Assembly: GCA_028534125.1 (NCBI GenBank)
Contig: CM052816.1
Span: forward strand, 47,680,001 to 47,744,000
Reading direction: 5' to 3'
Length of the DNA stretch: 64,000 nt
Origin: Lama glama
Taxonomy: Eukaryota
Shown: positions 48,349 through 61,890 of the stretch, one piece after another
Numbering within the stretch: the first letter of the stretch is position 1
How the letters are laid out: each line of letters opens with the position of its first letter
Translations under genes and position numbers: made by a program
Notes under the pieces: model-generated
What the model was told of the DNA's origin: nothing
The model's input: only the letters and a program-made list of their open reading frames with translations
Databases searched by the model: none

Positions 48349-51300
48349 TCCTATGCTTTCACCCAGTTTAGCTGAAATTGTCATTTTTACAGAAATATAT
48401 AACTATTCATTACTCTAGATTTTGCCAATTGTTAGTAAGTTAGAAAATTTAAGAAAGTAGTGGATAACAACTGATTTTTGAAAGATGGGTTACTGTCTGA
48501 GAGGTAATATTTTGGAAAGTGATCATTTCTTTCATCAACAGTTTTTTCAGATATAATGACAGTCTTTTGATTTTAGATTGTGTGCAATACTCAGATACCA
48601 AAATTATACCTGGTTGTGTGGGGTGATTTTTTATATATATATATATTTATATACATATAAATGTATAGTGTTGATCAGCAAATATGGAGAACATTATTCA
48701 ACACACCCCTTCCCATTTAATAAATATTTAATCAGCAGTGACTAATAATCACATCAAACTGTTAATACTCTGATGTCAAGATACCAATAAAAGAAATGAA
48801 GACTTTAAAAGCACTATAAAGAACTAGGACAAAGTTATTAACTTAGAGTGACTTTCTTGCCTTTCCTACTGTATCACTTCATCTACAGACTGGTTTTGGC
48901 CATCAGTGTAGAAAGGATAATTTTAAAAGATTAAAGATATAATGGGAGTTTTTAAAAATAATTTTTTTAAGTCTTAGGGTTTTTGTGGGTTTTGTTGTTG
49001 TTGGTTGCTCATTTAGGGGTTTTTGGTTTTCGTTGGTTTTTTTTTTTTTTTTTTGCAAATTCTTTACCTGCTTTGTCTTTGAGAGAGAAAGCTATTTCTT
49101 GGCTTCATGTCACGAAAAGTGCAAAAGCAGTGATGCCCTAATAGAAACGAGATAGTTTGGGAGGTGTCCATTAACATATAAAAGCATGTTGCACACTTGT
49201 CAGATTTCCAAATTCTTTTTAGACAGTGCTGGTTTGCTGTAATTCCATACACTAGAAATGACTCAGAATCAGATACTTAGCATTCAGATCCTCTGTGTTA
49301 TTTAAACCAGAAGAAAGGAGACATGAGTTGTGGCTAAGTAGTGTGGTTCCCCTTGCATGATTATTGTTGCCAGGGAAACCACTTCGTTCTAATCCTCGTG
49401 TTCAACCTGTCCGTCCCCCTCTCTGGCATCATTGCCTCTCAAGAAGGGCAACATCACAGCATGGCATAAGAACAGGAAACAGAAAGGACGAAACCCAGTA
49501 CATTATCCTGCTACACGTAAACGTTTCTCAGAAAATCTACATGGTAGTGACTTCTAGGAAGTGAAAAGCAGAATCAGTTCTTTAAAATTGCTATATGTAC
49601 GTGCTCTAATGGCTACAAGGTACCACATTCACACATTCAAGTATGCAAAAACACCAATTTCCAAGTCACACTTGTGATTGCAGAAGAGAATGTAATGTGT
49701 CAGGCCTGGACAGGACAGGGCTTGGCAGATCAGAGTACCAGGGCTTGCTGGGTCAGTATGGAGCCCTGTGATCTTTCTGAGAGGCAGAGTCCCTGGCAGG
49801 CAGTGTCATCAGAGAAGTGACTTTGTGGGAGTAGATTCTGAAAACCAGTGTAAGAAGGACTGAGCCTCCTCTGGTCTCGGGATCAGGCTGAGGTATGAAA
49901 CAAACCAGCTAGCCAAATATGAGCATCATCCTGAGTAAATAAGAAGAAAGCTGACCCATGCTGGGAGACATACCACAGGTCACAAAGGTAACTGTCCTTA
50001 GAAATGCAATATTGGCTTCCTCTTGGACATCTTAGCAACACACTCAGACACCCAAACTGGCTCTACAAAACAAGCAAAAACCAGAACTCTGAAAGTGATA
50101 ATACACAGTAACTACTTTGAATGCATACAGTTGAAAGCACAGTTCCACTATCATCTGTGCATCTGTAAGACATCAGATAATCAATTCCTCTACTGCTTTT
50201 TTGTTTTACTCTGGTGTTCTGGTATTGATTGCTTTTCCTGTAAACATTTGTTAAATTGAACTGAATGTACAAAACTTAGTATGGCAAAGGATAAACAAAG
50301 TCTACCAAATTCCGAAGTCAGTGGTGATATAAAAAAACTGTACCCAGAGTAGATAATTGTGCAAGTAACTCAGCTACAAGACTGCCAAGAGTAAATTAAA
50401 GTAATTTAAAAGAACCATAAAAACCAAAACTTACTTATATGAACCGCGTGTACGCATGGGTACAGCTTGGTCAAAGACTACTTTCATGACGCTATTTAGT
50501 CAGTCAGCTTCCTCTATTCTTTATAAACCTGAGACTTCATCTTACACTGCACCTACTGCCTTATACACATGCTTGTGTCTTCTTGAATGATCATAGAGGG
50601 TGGTCCCTGGACATTGCTACCTATAAAGAGCTCCTAGGAAGACCTCCTGAGATGACCACACTAACCTAAAAGGTTGTCTTTTTTAGGATCTCAAGGTGAT
50701 ATTCTGTGTCAACCCACAATGCAATCACTGGAACACCATACCAAAATGTAATAGTAACCTATCGAATGTACAAAACCAGAAGCAAGATGTCTCAAAATCT
50801 GTCAACCCCATCAGAACCAAAATTCATCCCTCAGTTTCTTGACTGCTCTTATGAGCAGTCTCTCTAGAGACCTTCAAAGTTTCCTCTTGTAGACATCTCC
50901 AAATTGTCTTCTAGAACTCTTTTTTTACATGTTTTTGTCATCAGCTTTGAGAATTTTAAATATATCTGAGAACTCTGAGAGGGAAATCCAAATTTATTTT
51001 TAAGGGTTATGAACAGGAAAATAGTAACTTGCTATTGACCATACTAATTTCAATTCCAGTTTTTTTCTACATAAAGGCCATCTTTCCAGTGACCTAATAC
51101 TAAATACAGGATTCCTTGAAAATCTAATTTAGTGGCAAATGTAATAAATACCCAATTCCCATGCAATATAGGAGCTACTTAGTCATTCACGCCAATAGAG
51201 AGAGAAAAAAGAGTCAAGTAACATTCAAAACTGTCTAAACATGACCTGTTTCTGCTCCCCAAATGTAGCTTTAGCATCATAGCACCAAAGAGTTAGTTAG

Positions 51301-53444
51301 ACGCAAAACAAGCTACAAAGTTGTCTGCCTTTATTTTAATCCATAATCTGATGCAAGTGTACAGCCCTTTGTGATGTTGTCTTCCTTCTACCCATAATTT
51401 CCTAATAGAATTAAAACCTCATCATTTAACTACTAAGCACAAACCACAAATAAAATTTAGGAACTTGGTTCTCATAGCCATCCATCATTAGGCATCAGCT
51501 CTGTGTTTGACCAGTCAGGGCACAGACAACTTGCAAATGTTTTAATTAACTTTGTGGTTTGTTTGATTAGTTCAAGTATCAGTCACTGATGCATGGAAAC
51601 AACAGAGCTAATCAAAGAGGCTACACATGTGGTGAAGTAATGTTCAATGTTTTACGTAACCTGCAGTGGGACAAGAATTTATGTTGAGATTTGTACTCTT
51701 TCCTTCACTACCTCGTGCCCAACCCCAATCCCCAGCGCGAGTGCATTTGAGTACATCCTCTTTAGCTTCTCCTGTTCCCTGCTCTCCGAGAGAAAAAGGG
51801 CTAAATCTATTCAGTCTGGTCTTAAGGGAAACAGTAAAAGCCAAGGATAAACTTCACAGGACGCTAATGTGGTGGAGAGGTGGTGAGGTGTCTAGGAGGC
51901 TGTGGGGAAACAGAGCAGGATGAGGAGGAAATTCAGGGAGTGTGAGTCTGTGTGAGAAGATTGGAATCCCCATTTAGGGTGATCTTGACATGCCACACCA
52001 ATGCAGGACTAGACCCTTTGGGTCTCAGTTTTCTAAGCCTTCTACATAATAGTAAATATCCATGATATTCAGGTCCTAAATTTCTTTAAATGAAATTTCT
52101 CAAGCCCAGGGTTTCCTCGGGGGGGGGGGGAAGGCTAAAGAAAATTCACAAAACAATTCCATAACTTGGAAGACTGTGGTGGTGGCACCATGTTCATGTG
52201 TGACAGTCAGGTGTGCCTTATCTGCTGGTGGCCTGCGTATTGTGTCTAAAATCATCCTTGCACACCCAAGCCACAGCCTGGGCAGCAGCCGAGTCTGCCT
52301 AACATGAGCGCTTCCTCCAGCCCCTCCTTGCCTTTTACACTTTTCTTTCTCTCCAAGTCGCCCAGAGCCACATTTTAATAAGTGACCTTCAACAAGCTGA
52401 ATAATTTCTTCAGTACAGGGGTACATTCAAAAGCCTTGGAGGATTTAGCTGTAATAAGTAGTCCTAGCAAATATACGGTCTTATGAAGCCTTTGAAGTCT
52501 CTAAAAACTTCCCTTAAATAGCCTCAATTGAAGGTTCGGGCTAGATGATTTACAGAGCCCCTTGCAAAGCAAAAATCCTATGATTTGGGATCAGCAGAAC
52601 CAGCTGAATATTACAGCTTACTGCAGTTAATATAGCTTTTCCATCTTTAAGAGTACTTTTGGATCCAAAACAGGCTGCTTGAATTGTTCTGCTATTAACT
52701 ATTAATTAATGTCCAGTCTGCACTGGGCCGGGAGCAAAACCAAACAAGGCAGAGATTTCTATTCTCATGCCCTTAAAGAATGATCTGATAAAAGTTTTCC
52801 GTTAGATGCAATTAGAAAACCTGGTACAGTACGGCAAAGCCGAAGATATTTTCTTGTGACTCTAGATTGTGTCATTTAGCAGACTCAGGGTTTGTATTTT
52901 TCCTTCCACAAACCCTGTACTTCACTTACAGCTCATACCTTCCACATCTATTTCTGTTGATTTTATAAACAAGTTTGAAAATAATGTAACAAAATGTTCC
53001 TGCTATTTCATTTTTCAGTTAAGGATGTCAAATATCAGAGAAATCTCTGGTTGGTTGAAGAATTAGATTTCTTACCATATGTGCTGGGAATACCAGTTTT
53101 TGAAATCTTCAAGGACTTTTTACACTAATCATTGCCTTTTAAAACAGTAATTGCATATTTTATCATGTACAGCATCTATGGCATGATTTTTGGAGAAATA
53201 AAATTTTAAAGCACAATCACAAACAATAAATACATAAGTAGAGAATCAGCATCAATAGAAAGCATAGAAATTAACAGAAAATTAAATTATAAAAATCAAT
53301 TTACTGAATAACCAATTCCTGAATGGAAAATTGACTGATCAAATTTACCAATAACTTGTTTTAAGAAATATTCTTAAATATTTAGAATATATTTAATGAA
53401 AATGAATCTTTTAAGTATATCTATTGAATGAATCTTTTTTTCTC

Positions 53445-53635
53445 CTAACAATATGTCAGGCAGTATTTTAAGTACTTTACATAAATTAATTTATGTACTC
53501 TTTGCGTCAGTCCTATAAGGTGTATATTGTAATATTATGTCTATTTCTAGAGAAAAATAGAGGCACAGTTCTGTGAGTAATTTTCCCAAGGTCCCACGGC
53601 CAAAGCTGCAGAGTTTGGCCCACTTTACCACTCTG
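53445..53635 (-). mobile_element. MIR SINE remnant
   Basis: tatgtcaggcagtattttaagtactttaca...aaaatagaggcacag...taattttcccaaggtcccac. Confidence 0.75.
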
Positions 53636-54639
53636 GCTCATAAAACGACATTCACAGAAATTATATTGACGTGTTTATTTAATAATGTATTCAGTATATC
53701 AAAATAAAAGGAGATTAAATCAGTGGTTACTCTTTGTTTTCAGAAGTTTGAATATATCTTAAAATACTGCTAGGGAGAATATATCCATTGACTAAAATTT
53801 GAAGAGAACATATTTGTATTTACTGAATACATTTAAGAAGAATATTCCTTAGAACACACCACCACTGTGTTGTATTCATTAGAAGAGAGTCACTAAATAA
53901 AGAGAGAAATTAAGCTTCACTTCTTGAAGGGAAAATCGAAGAATTTGTCGACATAAATTTAAAACTACAGAAAGAAAAATTAATCAAGAGAAAATCTTAA
54001 ATATAGATGATTTGCTATGAGGTAAAGCTAAGAATACCATAGATTAGATGTCCTATGAACACTTTATCGAGAATAGGAATTTTCTTTTAAAATATTTTCT
54101 GGTAAAAAAAAAGAAGATAAATATTCAGTTTACTGTCTGTTTAAAAAAATTTTCTAATGCTAAAATTTCTGCAACTATGGTCAAAGGCAGGGAATGTTTA
54201 GGGCAAGAAGCCCTTGTCTGTGTAACTCAAAGAACCAAAATCTACTTCGTGATGAGATTATCGATTTGGTGCCCTGATAGCCCACCAAGGCAATTCCTTG
54301 GGAGGTAGGGTAGCACTTCTGACCAAGGTGCGCAGATTTTATAAAATTATTTCAATCCTAATCCGTTTTGGACTGTCTATAGGACATTATCTATTTTTCC
54401 CCTCTCAATTCTCTTAAATCTCTTCCTGAATAAGTCATTAGGCCCCCACAAAGAATTGTGTTAGTCATCCTGGAGGGAAATTTAAGAATCAGACGTATGT
54501 AACTCCTTACTGTGTTTATTATAAAAATGACTGTGATGATGTTGCCCATTTCTTTATGTAGTGTGCTCTTTACGAAGACCAGAGTCCTTCCTCATCTCAG
54601 TATCAGGGGGAAAAAATGGATTTCTCCTATGCAATTGAT

Positions 54640-55300
54640 TTATTTTTGTCTCAACGACACCTTGAGTGGAACCTAAACTCATAATCTCCTAATTTTTTTT
54701 TCTGTTCTGATATTCCGTATTGATGGGTAGCCTTTGTATCTATTTGGTTGTGCAAGACAGAAACCTGGAATGGTCCTTGACTTTTCTTCTTGCCCATCTC
54801 ACATATCCAATTCATCATCAAGTCATGTTGGTCTTGCCTCCTAATTATATTCCTCCTCCTATCTCTCCAGCTCCAGCACAATAATCTTGATCCAGAATAC
54901 CACCATCTCTCAGTCATATTCTATACTAGTCCCCAAAGACTTATAGCATCTACTGTCACCAACCAATCCATCATGCTCCATGCTGCAGCCAGAATCATTT
55001 TTAAAACATAAATTTAATCATGTCATCATCTGACTTAAAATTTTTCTGTTGTTTCCCATCACTCTTACAGTAAAGACAAAAGTTGTTAACACAGCAAGTC
55101 CCTGTGGTCAAGCTCCAGCCTCATTTCCTGTTCTCCTCACCATGCCATAGTATAGTCCTGCAATGGCAGGGACTGTGCCCATTTCATTTACCACTTTATC
55201 CCACAGTCTGCTTGAACACCTGACACATGCCAAGTGCTCAATATGTAGTTATATAATACATAATTAAAAGGAATAATTAAAAGATTGAGTGAATAAATCA
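54640..55300 (+). mobile_element. L2 LINE 3' remnant
   Basis: agaaacctggaatggtccttgac...catatccaattcatcatcaagtc; gcagccagaatcatttttaaaacataaatttaatcatgtca; cctgacacatgccaagtgctcaata. Confidence 0.85.
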
Positions 55301-56339
55301 ATCAGATGAGTCTGTTCACAATCCACTGGACACACTTCGTGTATTTTTCTATCACGGACTTCTATCTCAGAGTTCCCTATCTAAATCTTATCCATCCTTT
55401 AATTCTCAGATCAAATGTCAATTTCATCAAGAAGACTTCCTTGATTTATCTAGTGGAAAATTCTTAAGTACCCTATTATAAAATCCTGAGTACTTCTTGT
55501 ATACTACATGTAATATGTAATCATCTGCTTAAATATCTTTAATTTGACTAATATGGCCGATCAAACTCCACAGTCCTTGAAGGCAAGTGCTGAGGTTTTG
55601 CTTCTAAGTGTTCTGCACATCACCTAATAGCCACATCTGCATGTAAGTGTATGTGCTCTACTTGACTGAATGATCTGATTGACCGATCTGGCAACATCTG
55701 GATGATTTTTCCTGCCACTAGAGCAACTGTTGTGATATTAGAAAGAGTGGATGAGGCCAATAAAAATGTGATGGCCCAGTAAAAATGTTGGTTAGGCAAT
55801 ATATCTCTTGAAGCTAGCTTTAAGTATCAAGAATAAGAGACTTATTTGGCCTATAAATTTTTGTTGGTTTTCTAAACTCAAATGTCATAAAATCTACTTC
55901 ATAGCTACAAAATGTGCTGTGGCTGGGTGTTTTTAAGAATTACCTAAGATTTATACTAAAGAAATTTTCCAAAAGACTAATACGTGTACCACTGGGGACA
56001 GAAAAGTTGATTTTAGGTGCCATAGAGACAGGTTGTTTAAAAAATCTTTAATTGTTATGAATATATTTTAATGTACACTAGAAAAAATAAACTGTCACAT
56101 CAACACCATAATTGTCACTGTTAATATTGCTTTGGATGGGGTTGAGAAATAAGCATTTCTGTTTTGAAAGTAATAACTTTAAATTAAAATAGTAAAATAA
56201 TGTGTGCTATCAGATATGGCCACAACCATGACTGAAGCTTGAGAAATGTTATTTTAGAGACCTGAAATATTAGTCTAACTCATTCTTGAAACCTCCTAGA
56301 TTCTCACCACTATGGAGTTAATATTTGAGTCTTGAACTT

Positions 56340-56830
56340 TCACTCATTTGTCAGATATTTATGGAGCAATGCTGTATGTAAAGCTCTAGGCTGAAAACTG
56401 GAGAAATAACATGATTAAGAAAGTTTCTTCCCTCAAATAATTCACAACTCCAAAAGGAAGGCACTATGGACAAAAATAAATAAACCCAGTGGAAGTGCCC
56501 TCACAAAAGGACAGCTATTGAAGGATCATTTGTGAAAGGGTAAAAAGGTAGGAATAATCAGTCCTGCTTGGTGAAGGAGGTGTCCAAAAAAGGGAATTGT
56601 TAAGAGGAGCTGCATCTGAGAGACTGGGTAGGTGTTCACTGGTCGAACAAGTGAGGGCACATCATTCAGGTGAAGACAAAAGTCTGTCAAGCCAGAGAGA
56701 CATCTATGACAGGAAGTAATCCCAAATAGGGGAGCAGGGTGCACAGTAGAATAGGGGCTGGAAACTGAGGCAAAAGAGGCAGGTAGAAACCTAGTATCCT
56801 GTGCCAAGGAGTCATTTCTATACTTCAAAG
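56340..56830 (-). mobile_element. L2 LINE 3' remnant
   Basis: cactcatttgtcagatattttatggagcaatgctgtatg...ctaggctg followed by purine-rich antisense L2 body. Confidence 0.7.
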
Positions 56831-57269
56831 GTGACAAGAGGACCAATACATATGATAGATGCACAATCGAATTTCTATTTAAAAATCATAATAATGCCAG
56901 AGGATTTTTTTATTCTTGTGAATTTCAATGCAAGAAGTTCCCAAAATACTTTTCCTAGCAATGCTTCTCTTAGAAAAAAAATTTCTCCAAAACACCCAAA
57001 AGTGAAATTTGAAGAAGAGACTCAGACTGATGTGAGATGAAGAGAAACTTAAACTATTAGAGGAAAAAAAAATCATCCATCTCTCTGGCTTCCATCTCCA
57101 GTTCTGAGGGTCTCCCCTGTTTCTTAAGGAAGTCAGTTCCTAATCATCTGCTCCCTCCCAGGCATCTACCATCCTGCTCCTTTCGCTTTGGTATTTCCTG
57201 AAACATCATAGCATTTCTGTAATCTTTTATTGACTAAATATATAGATCAAGAACTTATAAAAATAATTT

Positions 57270-57976
57270 GCCATAAATTGTGGCAATACTTTTTTTTCAA
57301 ACCAGCTCCTAGAGTAATGGAAATAAAAGCAAAAATAAGTAAATGGGACCTAATTAAATTTAAAAGCTTCTGCACAGCTAAGGATACCATCAACAAAATG
57401 AAAAGGCAACCTACAGAATGGGAGAAAATATTTGCAAATGATGCAACCAACAAGGGACTAATTTCCAAAATATACAAACAGGTCATACAGCTTAATATCA
57501 AACAAAAACAAGCAACACAATAAAAAAATGGACAGAGGACCTAAATAGACATCTCTCCAAAGAAGGTATCCACATGGCCAACAGGCACATGAAAGGATGC
57601 TTGACATTGCTAATTATTAGAGAAATGTAAATCAAAACAGTGAGGTATCACCTCACACCAGTCAGAATAGCCATCATTAAAAAGTCTACAAAGAATAAAT
57701 GCTGGAGAGGATGTGAAGAAAAAGGAACCCTCCTACACTGTTGGTGGGAGTATAAATTGGTGCAGCCACTATGGAGGTCAGTATGGAAGTTCCTTATAAA
57801 ACTAAAAATAGATTTACCATGTAATCAGCATTCCTACTCCTGGGCATATATCCAGAGAAAACTCTAATTCAAAATGACATATGCACCCCAGTGTTCATAG
57901 CAGCACTATTTACAATAACCAAGATATGGAAACAACCTAAATGTCCATTGACAGAAGAATGGATAAAGAAGATGTG

Positions 57977-58028
<52 letters not shown>

Positions 58029-58508
58029 GAATATTACTCAGTCATAAAAAAGAATGAAATAATGCCATTTGCAGCAACATGGATGGACTTAGAGATTATC
58101 ATATTAAGTAAAATAAGTCAGACAAAGAGGAATCATATGATCTCGCTTATATGTGGAAACTTAAAAAAAGAAGATACAAATTTTATTTACAAACCAGAAA
58201 TAGACTCACAGACATAGAAAACAAACTATGGTTACCAGGAGGGAAAGAGAAGGGGGAGGGATAGATTAGGAATTTTGGACTAACGGATATACATTACATT
58301 TATATATATATAAAATAGATAAACTACAAGGACCTACTGTATGGCACAGGGAACTATATTCAGTTTCTTATAATGAGCCATAATGGTAAAGAAGTATATA
58401 TGTATGTATGTATATGTATAACTGAATCACTTTGCTGCACACCTAAAACTAACATTGTAAACTACCTGTCAATAAAAAATAAGAATTAAAAAAATAAATT
58501 TTAAAAGA
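57270..58508 (+). mobile_element. 5'-truncated L1 (ORF2 C-terminus, 3'UTR and A tail)
   Basis: ORFs [89 protein letters not shown]. Possible TSD aaaaataatt. Confidence 0.96.
57979..58026. repeat. (AC)n microsatellite
   Basis: Uninterrupted AC run of about 24 units inside the L1. Confidence 0.98.
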
Positions 58509-58644
58509 AAAAATAATTAAGCATTACAATATAAAACATAAATATTTTTGGTCATTATTCGGATTTTATAGTCTAGGAAATTTTTTCTGTGAGTGAAAGA
58601 AATGGAGACTTCACATCTTGACATTGATTTTACATTAATCAGGT

Positions 58645-58690
58645 CAGTGGTTCTCAACCTTGACTGCATTTTGGAATCACCTGAGGAATA
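58645..58690 (+). mobile_element. MER5A-like hAT MITE, left part
   Basis: TIR cagtggttctcaac followed by cttgactgcattttggaatcacctgagga. Confidence 0.8.
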
Positions 58691-59091
58691 TGACAAACTT
58701 TTGCCAAGTCACAAAGAGAGAGAGAGTCTTAAAAAAAAAATACATATGCACCATAACTAAGTAAAAAGACAAATGACAAAGGAGGAGAAACTATTTATAA
58801 TACTAATATATTAAATATTTTTTAAAGAACAGAGAACAAAATTTAGAAAAACAGGCAAAAGGCATCAGCAGACATTCAAAACAAGATGTAGAAATGGCTT
58901 TTAAATATGTGAAAAGCTGGTCAGTTTCACTTGTAGAAAGATAAATACAGATTAAATTATACTGAGATAATATTCCATACCTCTCAAATTAGCAAAAATT
59001 CTAAAATTGGATATTGTATCCTGTTGCTGAGGCTATGGGAAAATAGGCAGTCTCATACTTTGCTGATAGAAGGGCAAAATGACATAATATC

Positions 59092-59485
59092 TGTTGAAAT
59101 AAATTTCTAAGCCCAAGACAGAGCCAGTCCTACAATTTTTCACCTGAAAATTCAGCAAGTCAAATTTTTGTGTTTCTATGAGGTGATCTACCTGACCAGA
59201 AACACAGTATATTCGGTTAGACAATCCTCGAATGCCTACCCACTCTGAGCTCTGTATTGCCTTCTCTGTTTGTGATCTTTTGAGGGCAGATATGCAGTCC
59301 CAGCCAATCATGCCCCATCTCCATGTTGCAGCTTCCAACACTCTAAAATCCGTCTTGCCCACCATCCCTCAGGCAGGGTGCCCCATTGCTTATGAAGCAC
59401 TGTGCTTTCCCAATCTATGGTTGTTTTCCCTTGAGTAAAGGACATCAAATTTGTTACTAAGTTGTTTTATTTTTGTCATTTGACA
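59092..59485 (+). mobile_element. ERV1-class solo LTR (MER34-like; family uncertain) nested in L1MC
   Basis: TG...CA termini (tgttgaaataaat ... gtcatttgaca), about 394 bp, 4-bp degenerate TSD tatc/catc; L1 text resumes on both sides. Confidence 0.65.
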
Positions 59486-59846
59486 CATCTAAGGAGAATT
59501 TGACAGCACCTAACAAAACTACATATGTATTTTACCTTTGACACAACAATCCTATTAAATCAAGGAATTAACATTAAAAATGCATCTGCAACACTTGAAA
59601 AAAATATATGCACAAAATGATTTACTGCAACGTTATTTGTAAAAGCAAAATATCAAAAAACTCTAAATTTGTATATGTAAGACTTTGATTAAATAAACCA
59701 TCTGTCCACACCATAAAGAGCTATGACTAAGTAGCTGTAAAAAAGCAGGTGGAAGATGTCTAAGTACCGATAGGTATGGAGTGATTTCCAGGATTATCCA
59801 TAAGAGAAAAACAATCTTAAAAAAAAAAACAAGGTTATATGGGATA

Positions 59847-59847
<1 letters not shown>

Positions 59848-59927
<80 letters not shown>

Positions 59928-59980
59928 TCATACATATATATACGCATATACATATACACATATGCATATATATACACACT
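59848..59980. repeat. (AC)n microsatellite with AT/AC compound tail
   Basis: About 33 AC units followed by a degenerate (AT/AC)n tract. Confidence 0.98.
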
Positions 59981-61774
59981 ATAAACTTTTATGAAAGAAA
60001 GCATAATAAGAGTATATTTTTATATTGTATATAGAGTCACTTTTTGCAAAAATAAATACAAGAACCATACACCAGAAAATAATGAAATGATTGCCTAACA
60101 AAGAGCAGGTGGGAAGAGATAGGGAAGCAAATGAAACTTCTCTGATATTATCTCTTTTTATAGTTTTGATTTAGTAAAATGTTCATGTTTTATGTCTTCC
60201 CCCAAATCAAGCAAATAGTAAAAAAACTGAATAAAAGAAGAATCAAATGAACCTGTCAATGTATCAAATTCATAATCACACAGAAGGAAAACTGAATTAA
60301 TTCAATTAACTTTTGAACACTGGAACATATTCTAAGGATCAAAGAAACTGCAAAGATCTCTTGAACTTTATTCAGTAGGTCCATTGTTGGCAATAGTAGT
60401 GTAGGTGTAGAATTCCAAACTATATTTCATGATTTTTTAGGTCTGAGAAATGCGTAAACATTTAGTATGGTTGGGAATGAGTATTTTACATACTGAACAG
60501 AGGATGAAGAGGAATAAAACCCATAATAGAGATATTCATGTGAATTCTTAAATATACATAAAATTCTGATTTTTGTCCACTGAACAGCCCTAGAAATGAT
60601 GATCCCAGTAGCATAGAAGCACACCAAGTACTCACATCAAAATGCCATTTCCCACTTAAAAGAGCCAGGGCATTGGAAAAAAACAATTGATTCTGGTATG
60701 GAGCAGGAAAAACACGACATGAGATTAGAATATCCTGTTGCACCAGAAAAAAAAAATGTTTCCCCAGTATTGAGTGGGGCAACGTGGAGAGGATATAGAG
60801 CCATTTGAAGCAGCTCCCATGGGTCAAGTTTGGGAGAACATGAGCATTAAAATGAATAATGACAGATACTGAATATGACATTGAATTTTAAAAACCCAAA
60901 TACATATATGCAAATTAAAGAAAATGGTGGGAGAGAAAGAAGAGGTCTTCTTTAGATTTCTTTAGAATTCCAACTTATAAATGTAAAAGTCATAATAAGA
61001 ATTTTGAAAATCATCGTTTTACCAACACCATTGTAATAACTGATTCAGGTGAGAATTAATAATGGGTGCAAAAGCCATCAGGTGAAAGATTTTGGGGGAA
61101 CGGCATGTTGATCCAGTCTCAAAGTGTCACCTCATTTATGAAGTTACTAATCACAGAGTTAAAGGTTATATTTTATTGTAGAAATCGTGAACTAAGGGAT
61201 CAGAGCTAATATTGCCAATACTGGGATAAGCCACATCATGTGCCCTCAGATATGGACAGTCTTCCTGCCAAAAATATTTAACCTAATCTAACCATGAAGA
61301 CAAATCATACAAATCCAAGTTGAAGGACAAACCCAATTTCATGAAGGTCAGTGACAGGCTGGAGAGCTGTTCTAGTTTAAAGGAGAAAAAAAGAGAAAAG
61401 GCAAATTAGTATAACATGAGGTATTTGATTGGATCCTGAGTCAAAAAGAAGTTGTAAAGGACATAATTGAGATAAGTGGAGAATTTTTAATATGGACCAC
61501 GTATCAGATAATGATCTATCACTGTTAAATTTCCTGAGTGTTATTGTGTTGTGCTTATATAGAAAAATGTCCTATTCCTTGAGTTACATGAGAAAATATT
61601 TGGAGGTAAAATTTCATAAATTGAGAGTAAGTTACTCTCAAATGTTTCAAGAGTTAAAAAATATTAATACTTACACAAATAGAGAGCTAAAGCAAACATT
61701 GCAAGGGGATATAGATGTTAATTTACTATTCTAGCAGATAGTTTGTAGCCTTGACAGTTTTTCAAAATGTTGGA

Positions 61775-61890
61775 AAAACATTGATGCCTGAGTCTCATCC
61801 CCAAAATTTCTAATTTCCTTGGTTGGGGGTGGAGCCTAAACCTGGAGATTTTTGTAGCTCACCAGATTGTGCTTAAGTTGAAAACCACTG
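61775..61890 (+). mobile_element. MER5A-like hAT MITE, right part
   Basis: aaaacattgatgcctgagtctcatccccaaaatttctaatttccttggttgggggtggagcct...gttgaaaaccactg; this TIR is complementary to the one at 58645. Confidence 0.8.

Larger units (their letters stand above)
58700..61770 (+). mobile_element. Old L1MC-like element (ORF2 end and long 3'UTR) inserted in the MER5A
   Basis: ccctagaaatgatgatcccagtagca...gccatttcccacttaaaagagccagggc...gattctgg; gattcaggtgagaattaataatgggtgcaaaagccat; tggattggatcctg-like 3'UTR motifs. Confidence 0.8.

Noticed and set aside
48975..49054. GT-rich tract and poly-T as a retrocopy tail
   Set aside because: No polyadenylation signal, TSD or recognisable parent; treated as low-complexity sequence.
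54533..54620. C-box-like GTGATGA suggesting a C/D snoRNA
   Set aside because: No D box (CTGA) or terminal stem at a suitable distance.
55712..55728. GCCACTAGAG partial CTCF motif
   Set aside because: The 3' half lacks the required GGC.
59663..60004. Cys/Val- and Thr/His-repeat ORFs
   Set aside because: They are translations of the (AC)n microsatellite.
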